A stretch of DNA of 64,000 nt from a virus. This document shows, in pieces, positions 18,901 through 27,758 of this stretch. Below the pieces are notes generated by a model, which was not told the DNA's origin, ran no database searches, and worked only from the letters and a program-made list of their open reading frames with translations. Numbering within the stretch: position 1 is the first letter of the stretch; each line of letters opens with the position of its first letter. Location of the stretch: positions 14,252-78,251 of the IMG/VR virus record IMGVR_UViG_3300013131_000002; one strand, written 5' to 3'. A program made the position numbers and the translations under genes.

Positions 18901-20602
18901 CTTTATCTCTTAACACTTGGATGTTATCTAACTCTTGTTGAGTAACTGTTTTCTTTTTCTGAAGCTCATCTAACTTTTCTTTTACAGCATCAGATATATC
19001 TTTCATTACACCTCTAGTATTATTGCTATCATAATAAGTTCTCATGTAGTTAGCAATATTCCCAAGAATGTTAATTAGTTTGAGTCGTTCTTCTTCATCA
19101 ATATTTTCTAAATCTACAGACATCTTTTCAACCATTGCAAAGTCACTTTGAGCTTTATTAAATAGTTGATTAACATAGTCTACTAGTCCTACAAAATCTT
19201 CTGCCTCTTCTACTAACTTGAGTTTTGCCTTATGAGATTTTAATAAACGTGCAGCAGATTTAGATTCCGGGGTAGTGCTTCTAGAGGCCATGTCCAAACT
19301 TTCTTGAACAGCTTTTACAGCATTTACTTTTGCAGTTTGTACTGACTTCTGTAAAGATGATAATCCCTTACTTTGCTGTTCGTATAGGCTGATAGCTCCT
19401 CCAAATTCTCCTGGATTTATGTCCCCGGCAAATAAGTCTTGAGCTAACTGAGCAGCCATATCAGTTTTAATTCCAAACTTTTTAGCAATTGCTCTAAATA
19501 TTCTATTAAAGAACTGTTGAAATTTGCTTGGATTTTTATATTCTAATTTAGCTCCTTCTAACCCAATAGCAGTAGCTAATACCTCTTTATCTAGTTTCTC
19601 TTGATCCTCTGCTAACTCTGGATATTCTTCTAGTACTTTATTGTACAGGTTTGTATTTCTAAGTTCTTTTACTGCAGCTTGTACAGCAGGGTGATTATAC
19701 CCTAACAAATCTACATATAAGTGACCATACTCGTGGTAGGCTGTATCTTCAGCAATCCTATCTGGATTAAGTGTAATGACTACCCCTCCATTTTTTCCAG
19801 GGCTTATTTTACCTATACTTGGAAGTTTAGGGTCATAAACTACATCTACTTTTACTCCAACCTTTTGGAATACCTCTTGTAATCTTTTGGCCTGTATTTT
19901 TACTTTCCCTAATTGAGCTTCTCCAGTGTTAGAGAATCTTTGCTCACTTGAGTTTTCTAATCTAGCAGTTTCTGATATAACTGTTTCTGATAATTGTTGT
20001 CCTTGTGGACGACCGATCATATCTAGATAACCTTGTAAACCTTCTACGTATCTTCTGCCTACAACACTTTGTGCTAACTCTTGCACTTCTTCCCCATAAG
20101 TTTTGAACATGTCCATTTGTTCATAAGCTTTGACTAGCTCCTCTTGGCTGTTAGTAGGGGAATTATATAATCCTAGTGGCTCTCTACGTAATTCACTTAA
20201 TGCTACAGGATCTATTTTTACACTATGAGTGTCTTGACTTTTCCATTGCATCTGTCCATTAGCATCTGCTATGCTGTATCCAGAGTTGGTAGGGCTGCTT
20301 TTTATTTTATCTGTTACAACTAAATCTCTAGTAGCTCCAAATGCAGAACGAGCATAACTATTTATCTGTGCAATTCCATTAAGTTGGTCAGATAGAGTAG
20401 AGTTAGTAGACCCTTTATTTACATAATAATTTCCTTTGAACTTGTTGACTAACCTTACTTTAGTCAATATATCCATTATATCTGCAGTCTTTCTAGATTT
20501 CTCTAAAGTGTTTACAAGATAGTTTGCAAGTTCAGTACTAGCTGCTGATACTCTTAGACCAGTGCTAGCCGTAGTAAATACATTACATTTTCTATTTGCC
20601 AT
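15944..20602 (-). CDS. large virion ejection/cargo protein with a zincin (HExxH) domain
   Basis: 1552 aa; AYHEYGH...KEVLA; follows the vRNAP as in crAss-like phages. Confidence 0.8.
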   Translation of the reverse strand: MANRKCNVFTTASTGLRVSAASTELANYLVNTLEKSRKTADIMDILTKVRLVNKFKGNYYVNKGSTNSTLSDQLNGIAQINSYARSAFGATRDLVVTDKIKSSPTNSGYSIADANGQMQWKSQDTHSVKIDPVALSELRREPLGLYNSPTNSQEELVKAYEQMDMFKTYGEEVQELAQSVVGRRYVEGLQGYLDMIGRPQGQQLSETVISETARLENSSEQRFSNTGEAQLGKVKIQAKRLQEVFQKVGVKVDVVYDPKLPSIGKISPGKNGGVVITLNPDRIAEDTAYHEYGHLYVDLLGYNHPAVQAAVKELRNTNLYNKVLEEYPELAEDQEKLDKEVLATAIGLEGAKLEYKNPSKFQQFFNRIFRAIAKKFGIKTDMAAQLAQDLFAGDINPGEFGGAISLYEQQSKGLSSLQKSVQTAKVNAVKAVQESLDMASRSTTPESKSAARLLKSHKAKLKLVEEAEDFVGLVDYVNQLFNKAQSDFAMVEKMSVDLENIDEEERLKLINILGNIANYMRTYYDSNNTRGVMKDISDAVKEKLDELQKKKTVTQQELDNIQVLRDKVIALNNKMDETYTKYLKLGAPLHASLILGYHKNTGLNDELEALAQSIEKDGVMRKNLLIETEATLKIRDDYKKDLIDKPTRDKLLIEELVKQIRGKKIGLQSLIDELVNAQMDKTKYSVLMDPVINSSQTAIQLFVTEVKASLLEAAEKTRDVQYSLSKDYENFMARKSGFNPTQAYANMYEVISHFVVEQDNKGNNIRKEIKVLGFVQPYDVTRYWKTFYNMLDEAEKKFKKPNIGDRDAYDEWKKSKEPKFVELRKGYYRMIDDWHAKNSKTSPNAMQRKLDLEKEYRAVEKEYYKYRDIDVDRAALALVEMEQIESDINYIYNSYSNSFRGDAVMPNDSYLNPKYTALKNTQTEDYKYMYKLLDIYNKHSDKIGETKQVKNTWDTYTYMVPTVKADTLGQMQNNGFLATSREMLREGFMITEGDTEYGELTAAQARQQIVPIFFTSVMSEALVTRDLTGAIMHFVKMANDFESKSKIQSSVILMRDLIRNRKVLVEGALAYVPLVNQYARRNGYIEYETREGITSNTSQMVEEFIESVFFGRKDILNTVGIAGKSISASKITSAVTRFTALKALSFNGLQATNQLFLDNQKLIEEGIVGQYFNKTNHAWALAKFITGAAGISDWGAFAPKSKLIKSALWSDAYTDQLGMDQVSNITGSRLRKSLVGGVGSILQTMAEHEAVIVRMLALMDSYKGKLKDKNGDVIKNADGTDANLYDLLIEKANGNLELDPRVANLTQMDFVNKLSGLMKKTNQVKGDVDRALAERRWWGKLLNLFRRFFSPGLRKHWGYGSNRGVHVDTESGVLANGMYKVFMNYMVQATKAGLKYRGVYGKHTEWEQADIKRTLSQAAWVITTSVAAGMLMGDDDKDDKVSQFFGYQAIRMNAELQQFYNYKDFLRIIQSPTATVNMVESMFGLAEQALFYDLPYTLGFEVDKKKIFYQRAESGMKKGDRKIKKQAYDNIPFYVGVDKTFNPKEASEFYNK

Positions 20603-20608
20603 TTCTTA

Positions 20609-23600
20609 TTAAATTGAACAGAATGTTAACGACTCATTGTCATCACCCTCCTCTCTATTATCTTTTAACAGTACCATTGCTCCACCTTCTACTGATGTTG
20701 TAACTCCTACTTCAGGATTTATATTAGATACTCCTGACAACTCTACTAGTCTTTTTGAAATTCCAAGAGGTTGAACTCTTGTGTATACCCCACCTGTTTC
20801 TGTAGTAGAAGATTTTACAAATAATCCAACATCTTTATTTTTCTTATCTACCAAAAGTACGAAATTATTACTTATTCCACTCACTGCAAGTTGGTCTGCT
20901 AGCTTAGAAATATTCTTTTTTCTTAACAAAGTTTTCTTTCCATGTCTCATGAATGCATTAGCTCTAATAAAATTAAAGAGTTCATCATTCAAGTAGTCGT
21001 TGCTTTGAACATCTTTTACTTTAGTCATGAAGAATTCTACTGGAGATTTTGCAGTTACCTTTCCGGCATCTTTTCCATATCTATTTATTCTTGGGCTAGT
21101 CCAGAATTCTACTGGTATGATATCTGTAAAGGAATTAGCTCCAATGTCGAACCCACGACTAACAATTGAATGAGCTGCTAGGTCTTCTGCAAGTTCCTTG
21201 ATCTCTTTTATTTGCTCAGTATTTCCTGGGTCGGTAACATATTTTTCTGGAGAGTAAAGAAGTTTTCTTAGCTCTGCAGTAAACATGTCCTTCTCAGTTC
21301 TAGAGAATCCGTATGAGTTATCAAACTTAACTGTGAAAAATTTAGCCTCCATTGAGTCATTCTTCTCATCTCTTGCAAAGTTGCTTACGAACTTATTGCC
21401 TGTTAAAGATGGGTACTTAGCTTTCATCTCATCTAATTTCTTATCGATATTAGTATCTTTTGAAAGGTAGGTTTTTGAAAGATGCTCTTGTGTAAAGAAG
21501 TCTGCAAGTGGAGATTCTTCAACAACATCTATTTCCCCCATATCATTTCTAAGTAAAACTCTTGGAGTTAAAAGCATTCTTAAATTTAAGTTCCTAGAGA
21601 TATCTCTATGTTGCTCTGGAGTAAACTGTATCTCTCCTACATTTAATTTAAGATTGTCTTTGAATGTTTTAAATGCTGGAGATGTATTAGCCGGGAAGAG
21701 GATAGATGCCATCTGCATAGCAGAGTCAGACATTCTATCATAAGCTTTCTGTGTTCCATAAATAGAATCATCTCCTAAGAATTGATCAACAGGATTGCTC
21801 ATTCCATCAGGTCCTCTAAATGCTTGTGCTCCAGACTTATCGTCAAAAGCTAATCTCTTGTCTTTATATGCTTCGATACGATCTATAGAATTCATACCGT
21901 CAGCAGTATCCGGGGTAATAGTTTGGTAGAACTCCATTAGTTGAGATCCTGCTTTAGAAAACTTCATGAAATTATTCATGAATATACCTTGGGTAATATT
22001 CTTCTTATCATTTCTTTTAAGTTCAGCAAGATCTTTTCTATTCATATTAATAGTCTCATATCTATTGATGTCATTGAGAGGAGTTAGTTTAAACTCTTTC
22101 ATTGCATCTACATATGCACTATTCATCTCTGTTAGTTCTCCACCATACTTATTATAAAAAACATCTGTGAAATATCGTATAATAGGTTGGTTCAAGAAAT
22201 CGTGCAGAGCTACTGTATCCCCATTGAATGTTATCCAGAATGCTTCTACAGGTAAGGTAATAGTTCTATCATTAAGTTCGTACTGCTTAGGATTGTTAGC
22301 AGCATCCACAGCAGCAGATACATATCTACCAATTAATGTACTTGTAGGAATAGTGGCATCTATTTTAGTAGCCTCAGTTCCTACTTTTTCCAAATGCTTT
22401 TTATAAACTTTATTGTCAAGTTTAATAGCATACTCAGGAGTTGTAACTACTGTTCCAGCAGCTGCTACGTTTCTACCTGATAGCACATTATTCCACAATC
22501 CTTTCAACGTGTTACCGATAATTGCTCTTTCAGCAATTTCAGTTTCTTTCATTGGACTAGCAAACTCAGTATTGTTAACCAAAGAAGGATTTCTTTCTAG
22601 AATACTAGCCATGATGCTTGTCAAGCTTTCTTCATCCAAAGGTCTAACAGTTTCTGTTAAGTGCATAGGACTAGACATTACTGCTTCAATAGTATCTAAG
22701 ATTACATTTGTATAAACCTCTAATGCTTTAGACCCTTCAGGTACTGCATTTTTGATTGTGTTATCTTTGATAGCTTTATTATAGTCTAGACTTACTTTTG
22801 TTACCTCTCCTTTTTCATTCTTACTTAAGTATGGAGCTAGTATGAAAAGTTTATCTACGTCAAAGTCAGATCCCATCAACTTGGTAATATGTGGTGGAAC
22901 TTGTACTGCTTTTGTATAATTATCTGGGAGGAATCCCTTAATCTTTATTAAGATTGTAGAAGATTTATCTTGGTTAGGGATACGGTATCCAATCATACGT
23001 AGAAGTTCCTCTGGAATGTTGTCTAAAGATTGCCCTGGCTCTACCCCAAACTTACGAGCAATGTCAGGACGTATCATAACTTCCATGTGTCCTAATCTAG
23101 GTTTGCCTTCATTATCAGTTTTGATTGCATAGAAGTTTAAGTTAGAGTTTTCTTCACTACCTCCAAACTGTGCAAACTGAACTGCCTCTATACCAAGAGC
23201 TTTCTGCTTGAATACTTGGTTGTTAAACATACCAAATAAAATTTGTTGGAACTTAGTCTGGTATACAGGGAAGTCTAATGGAATAGCAAACCTTGGCATT
23301 CCACTTTCTTTATCTATTACAATGTTTAAAGCATCATCATAGTTTGATGGTAGCTTTCTTTCTAAATTTTCTTTTTCAAGAATGCCACGTATAATTTTTA
23401 AGGCTTTTAATCTAGCTTCATACTCTTCTTTGAATCGTTCACCAGATAAACTCTTCTGAGCTTTTAGAATGCCATCAATACCTAACTCTTTGAATAAACT
23501 TCTTGTAGCTATTTCAGCCATGTTCTCAGTAGCTTCGTGGAAAAATTTAAGAAGTTGGTCTCCTTTGATTGCTACTTCTTTGCCTTTAATCCCTGCATTG

Positions 23601-26600
23601 TATTTGTAAACTCCTGCTTTATTTACATTAGCAATAGCATTCTTTTTCAACTGTCTATTGATAATAGCTTTTTGTTTACCGGTATCTGATATTTTTTGTG
23701 GGAATCCTAATCCTCTAGAATTCAACTCTTCTACATATAAGTTTGTAAATTCCCCAGCTTCACCTGTTACTTGATATACAGATGACTTATGGAATTTTCT
23801 AACAGACTCCACATTCACTACATCAATTTTTGAGATGTTAGGATTGTTTGCATACTGCCCTGTCTTCTCCATACGTTGACGTAAGTCATTCATTGTGGAG
23901 TTATCTTTAGTAGCTTCTTCTAATAATACTCTCCAAGAATTCTTTTCATTAATTGGAGTAACATTATTATTAATATTTTGAAGAGACTCAAAGTATGGTT
24001 TAAAAGGCTCTATTATTATTCTCTGCCCAGCTTTTGCATTTCTTGGAAGAACCGATGTAGCTTGGTAAGCAAATATTGCAGGCCTTCCTTCAGCCTGTGC
24101 ATTTTTGTATTCGTTAAAAGCATCTTCGTGGTATGCAAACCACTTACCATCTCCTTGCATTGACTTACGATACATGTCAATTGATGCAAATCCTTGACCA
24201 TCTGTACCCTCAATTTTTGTAATTGTAGGATCAAATGATTGAGCAATACTCTTAGCTATTGCAGGATCTACTCCAGCATTTACCATTCCAGCTTCTAGAT
24301 CTTTAGCTATCTTAACATTTCTATTTTCATCTGCTATAGTCATTCTTAGATTATCATCTCTAAGAATTGCTGATGTATATGTAGGAGACATACCATATTG
24401 TCCAGCTACTCCAGGTTCTTCTACAGCTAGTTCACCAGCTATTGTCATTCTAGAAACAGGAGTTGTCAATGGAGCCATACGTTTGTAGAAGTTATCTAAG
24501 CTTTTAGTATGAGCTCTTGATCCACGGAATATTCTATTGAATTCATTACGTGCTACAAAATCATCAAATACAAAGTCTCTTAGAACTAATTCTAATCCTC
24601 CAAGTTCTTCTACTTGCTTCATTCCTAATCTATCAGCAGCATCATATTCTATTAGCTTGCCTTTTACTTCAGCAGCTTTCTCAGTAAAATATAACATGCT
24701 TTTAGCAACCATGTCTTTTACAGACCCCTCAAACTTTGCATATCCTTCTGGATCTTCTTGCTTTAATTTTCCATTTAAAAAATCAACTACCATGTCACTC
24801 ATATGACGAGTTCCATTAATATACATTTTGTCTTCTGTAGAGTTTTTTGCTGGGATAATTAAGTCAGTTACAATCTGTATTCCATTAAGCTTTCCATCAA
24901 ATTGCATGAATTTAGAATCAAAAGCTCTTCCTACTAGTTTACCATTCTCATCTCTCATTACAATTGAGAACTTACCATCTTTACCTTGTTTAGATGTGTA
25001 GTGGTAACCTTCACTCAGTAATGCTAGTGGTGCATTCTGTAAATCATTTTTTGCTTTAGCTATTCTAGCTAAGTCTTGAATAATGTAACTAGCTATAATG
25101 TCTTCTTGAGACATCTGTATTCCAAATGTAGAAGTCAGCTTTCTAGATCGTGCAAATGGAACAACATCTGCACGAGAACGGTCTCCTTGTGTAGGTATTT
25201 GATTTAGCCCTAAGTTTTTATTTGCATTATTTAGATATCCATTTAACCTTGTGATTAAACTATCTGCATTGTTGAAACTTGCATAGTCTGTAAATGCAAT
25301 AAAGTCTTTCTCTCCTTTAGTAGAATCGTATACAAAGTTTTTGAATTCAGTTCTATATAAAGGGTTCTTTAAAAGCTGGAGTATTAGTCCAGTGAACTTG
25401 TTGTTAGTTAGAGGATTAGGATTGTTAAAAGGATCTGCCATATACATATCCCACATCTTAGCAGCTTCTGGTGTTTCAGAAGTAAGAGTAGAGATAATTG
25501 TATCTAGAGATGTAGGCAAGTTCATATCATAAACTGCCGAGTTCATACCATTAACAAAGCTTGTTCCCTTATTAGATTTAAATAATGGAACTATCGATGC
25601 AAGATGACGAATTGTTCTCTGCTCACCACCTGCTCCAAATATATTAATTGGGTTTTCTTGCGGTCCCTTATAAGCTTTAATTGTTTGTCCTTCAAATTCT
25701 AACTTAACAATTTTAGTTACAAGTTTAGATAGTTCATGATTAGGACGGTTTACGTAGTATGCATAAAGTTGTTTACCTTTTAAGAATACTAATCGATTGT
25801 TTTGGCTTACAGTTACTCCAGTGTTGAAATATTTCTGTAAGTTGTGAGCAGTCTGCATAAAGATTGTTGAGTCTCCAATGTTCATACTCATATCCCAAAG
25901 AACTCTGGCTAATGCCATTACAGGTTTAGAGATACCTGTTTGTGATTCTACTTCTTCTGCAGAACGTAATGATTGCTGAACTACCATATAGTTCGTAGCA
26001 ATGGTCTTAGCTTTTTCTTTTTTAACAGTTAAAGCTAAGTTTCCTTCTTCATCTACTGTATATTTATAGACAGCTCTAGGTTTTTCTGTTTGAACTTCTA
26101 CTGAATTATTTTTCCAGTTAGTAACTTCAGCTCTCTCTACAGATTTTTCATTAGAGTTTATTATTTTAGAAGATGTTCCAGTTTCTGTTTTATCCTCTAC
26201 AAATAATAAGAATTGATTTTGATGTAAACTAAATGCAGCTCTTATTGCTGACTGATCTGCGGCTGTCAATCCTTTTAGTAAAGGCAGTACGTTTGCATAC
26301 TTAGGCTTAAACTTTATTAAGTTTTCAGCTCTAGCAAGCATAGTTTGAAAGTTAGGGGACCCAGAAAATACGTTTAGTAATTCAATGTACACCTCATCTT
26401 TTGGAAGGTAAGTATTATATCCTAAGAAGTTTGCCTCTGTACTTTCTACACGAGATAGGATTTCTTTTACTCTACCAGTCATACCATCTGCAGGATCACT
26501 CTCAAAACTGGACTTACCATAAATCTTTTCTACGACACCGTTGTCATCTTCAAAGTCAATAGTTTCCTCATTAGAGTATTTGATTATAGTACCAAAGTCT

Positions 26601-27757
26601 CTCATATCTTCGGCTACTAATTCTCTCCATCCTATGGTTTGTATATTACCAAACTCAGGTTCAACAGTAGTATTCCAATTGTTATAGATATCAAAGAAGA
26701 TATTTCGTAACAATGGATTTCTATCTTCAAAAGCTACCGGTCTTTCAAACTTAATTCCGTTGAGAGATGCAACAGTATCTATATAGTTTTTAGTAGCTTC
26801 TGCAAGTCTCTCTGGGTTATTAGATTTAACAGCTCTATAGTAAGCAGACTCTACTTCAAATGCTTTTTTAGCATCTTCTAATGATACAGCATTTCCTTCT
26901 GGTGTGCTGTAGGCATTCATCAAAAAGTAATTTGCAATATCTCCTTTATTGGTTCCTACACCAAGAGCAGTCTCTGCATTAAATCCTGGGATATCTTTTC
27001 TATCGATTAAGAATTTACTAAGAGTAGATGTAATTTCTCTAGTAGCTTCCTCTCCATACTCTTGACGATATCTGTAAGCTTTTGTTTCAGGCTTAAATGT
27101 TTCTGTGTTACGGAAAAACTTAGCAGGAATTTTATTTGACTCTACTAAACGATATAAATCTTTTATTGCAATTTGATTTGTAGTAGCTAGTTTAATATAG
27201 CTCCATAGGTTCTTGAACCATTTAGCAATACGTTCTGGGAGAGTTCTCTCCATTGTACCTTCAGAAAGTACATACTCTCTAAAGTCTTCTGCAAGTTTTT
27301 CCTCGTAGTGAAGGTCTTCAAGCTCTTGTTGAGGAATATTTGGGTACTGTTCTCTTAAAGAATCTAATTGTTCTTTGGTAACAGGGCCATATTTTTTTCT
27401 AGCTTCGTCTATTACAAGAGTACGTTGAGCATCATTTAGCATTGAACGGTGTACAATGTGATAAGCTTCGTGATACTCTGTACCAATTTCTGCACCTCTA
27501 GATAAAAATATTGCAGAGTTTTGTACATACCCATGTACAATTCCATTACCTATGTTTCCTAATGAATCAACAATCGTAACATCTATGTCTGGAAATCTTT
27601 CTTTTAACCATGCTGTAGCCTTATCCTCCTGTATAGGTTTGAAAAATCTTTCAGGCACATTCCCTTCATACTTATCCCATATGGATAATGCTAGTTCAGG
27701 ATTTGCTTTTTCTAGAGCTTTCCACTCTGGTAGATTTTTATTAGGACAAGTTGCCAT
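20609..27757 (-). CDS. virion-packaged RNA polymerase (two-barrel, crAss type) with an N-terminal zincin-like domain
   Basis: GYRIPNQ...GSDFDVDKLF catalytic DxDxD motif (22853-22867), TDGQG; N-terminal YHEAYH...EEKLAE. Confidence 0.93.
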   Translation of the reverse strand: MATCPNKNLPEWKALEKANPELALSIWDKYEGNVPERFFKPIQEDKATAWLKERFPDIDVTIVDSLGNIGNGIVHGYVQNSAIFLSRGAEIGTEYHEAYHIVHRSMLNDAQRTLVIDEARKKYGPVTKEQLDSLREQYPNIPQQELEDLHYEEKLAEDFREYVLSEGTMERTLPERIAKWFKNLWSYIKLATTNQIAIKDLYRLVESNKIPAKFFRNTETFKPETKAYRYRQEYGEEATREITSTLSKFLIDRKDIPGFNAETALGVGTNKGDIANYFLMNAYSTPEGNAVSLEDAKKAFEVESAYYRAVKSNNPERLAEATKNYIDTVASLNGIKFERPVAFEDRNPLLRNIFFDIYNNWNTTVEPEFGNIQTIGWRELVAEDMRDFGTIIKYSNEETIDFEDDNGVVEKIYGKSSFESDPADGMTGRVKEILSRVESTEANFLGYNTYLPKDEVYIELLNVFSGSPNFQTMLARAENLIKFKPKYANVLPLLKGLTAADQSAIRAAFSLHQNQFLLFVEDKTETGTSSKIINSNEKSVERAEVTNWKNNSVEVQTEKPRAVYKYTVDEEGNLALTVKKEKAKTIATNYMVVQQSLRSAEEVESQTGISKPVMALARVLWDMSMNIGDSTIFMQTAHNLQKYFNTGVTVSQNNRLVFLKGKQLYAYYVNRPNHELSKLVTKIVKLEFEGQTIKAYKGPQENPINIFGAGGEQRTIRHLASIVPLFKSNKGTSFVNGMNSAVYDMNLPTSLDTIISTLTSETPEAAKMWDMYMADPFNNPNPLTNNKFTGLILQLLKNPLYRTEFKNFVYDSTKGEKDFIAFTDYASFNNADSLITRLNGYLNNANKNLGLNQIPTQGDRSRADVVPFARSRKLTSTFGIQMSQEDIIASYIIQDLARIAKAKNDLQNAPLALLSEGYHYTSKQGKDGKFSIVMRDENGKLVGRAFDSKFMQFDGKLNGIQIVTDLIIPAKNSTEDKMYINGTRHMSDMVVDFLNGKLKQEDPEGYAKFEGSVKDMVAKSMLYFTEKAAEVKGKLIEYDAADRLGMKQVEELGGLELVLRDFVFDDFVARNEFNRIFRGSRAHTKSLDNFYKRMAPLTTPVSRMTIAGELAVEEPGVAGQYGMSPTYTSAILRDDNLRMTIADENRNVKIAKDLEAGMVNAGVDPAIAKSIAQSFDPTITKIEGTDGQGFASIDMYRKSMQGDGKWFAYHEDAFNEYKNAQAEGRPAIFAYQATSVLPRNAKAGQRIIIEPFKPYFESLQNINNNVTPINEKNSWRVLLEEATKDNSTMNDLRQRMEKTGQYANNPNISKIDVVNVESVRKFHKSSVYQVTGEAGEFTNLYVEELNSRGLGFPQKISDTGKQKAIINRQLKKNAIANVNKAGVYKYNAGIKGKEVAIKGDQLLKFFHEATENMAEIATRSLFKELGIDGILKAQKSLSGERFKEEYEARLKALKIIRGILEKENLERKLPSNYDDALNIVIDKESGMPRFAIPLDFPVYQTKFQQILFGMFNNQVFKQKALGIEAVQFAQFGGSEENSNLNFYAIKTDNEGKPRLGHMEVMIRPDIARKFGVEPGQSLDNIPEELLRMIGYRIPNQDKSSTILIKIKGFLPDNYTKAVQVPPHITKLMGSDFDVDKLFILAPYLSKNEKGEVTKVSLDYNKAIKDNTIKNAVPEGSKALEVYTNVILDTIEAVMSSPMHLTETVRPLDEESLTSIMASILERNPSLVNNTEFASPMKETEIAERAIIGNTLKGLWNNVLSGRNVAAAGTVVTTPEYAIKLDNKVYKKHLEKVGTEATKIDATIPTSTLIGRYVSAAVDAANNPKQYELNDRTITLPVEAFWITFNGDTVALHDFLNQPIIRYFTDVFYNKYGGELTEMNSAYVDAMKEFKLTPLNDINRYETINMNRKDLAELKRNDKKNITQGIFMNNFMKFSKAGSQLMEFYQTITPDTADGMNSIDRIEAYKDKRLAFDDKSGAQAFRGPDGMSNPVDQFLGDDSIYGTQKAYDRMSDSAMQMASILFPANTSPAFKTFKDNLKLNVGEIQFTPEQHRDISRNLNLRMLLTPRVLLRNDMGEIDVVEESPLADFFTQEHLSKTYLSKDTNIDKKLDEMKAKYPSLTGNKFVSNFARDEKNDSMEAKFFTVKFDNSYGFSRTEKDMFTAELRKLLYSPEKYVTDPGNTEQIKEIKELAEDLAAHSIVSRGFDIGANSFTDIIPVEFWTSPRINRYGKDAGKVTAKSPVEFFMTKVKDVQSNDYLNDELFNFIRANAFMRHGKKTLLRKKNISKLADQLAVSGISNNFVLLVDKKNKDVGLFVKSSTTETGGVYTRVQPLGISKRLVELSGVSNINPEVGVTTSVEGGAMVLLKDNREEGDDNESLTFCSI

Positions 27758-27758
27758 A

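Noticed and set aside
20609-27757. Inteins or group I/II introns in the RNAP, MCP or TerL
   Set aside because: No internal Cys, HN splice junction or LAGLIDADG motif noticed; reading frames are uninterrupted
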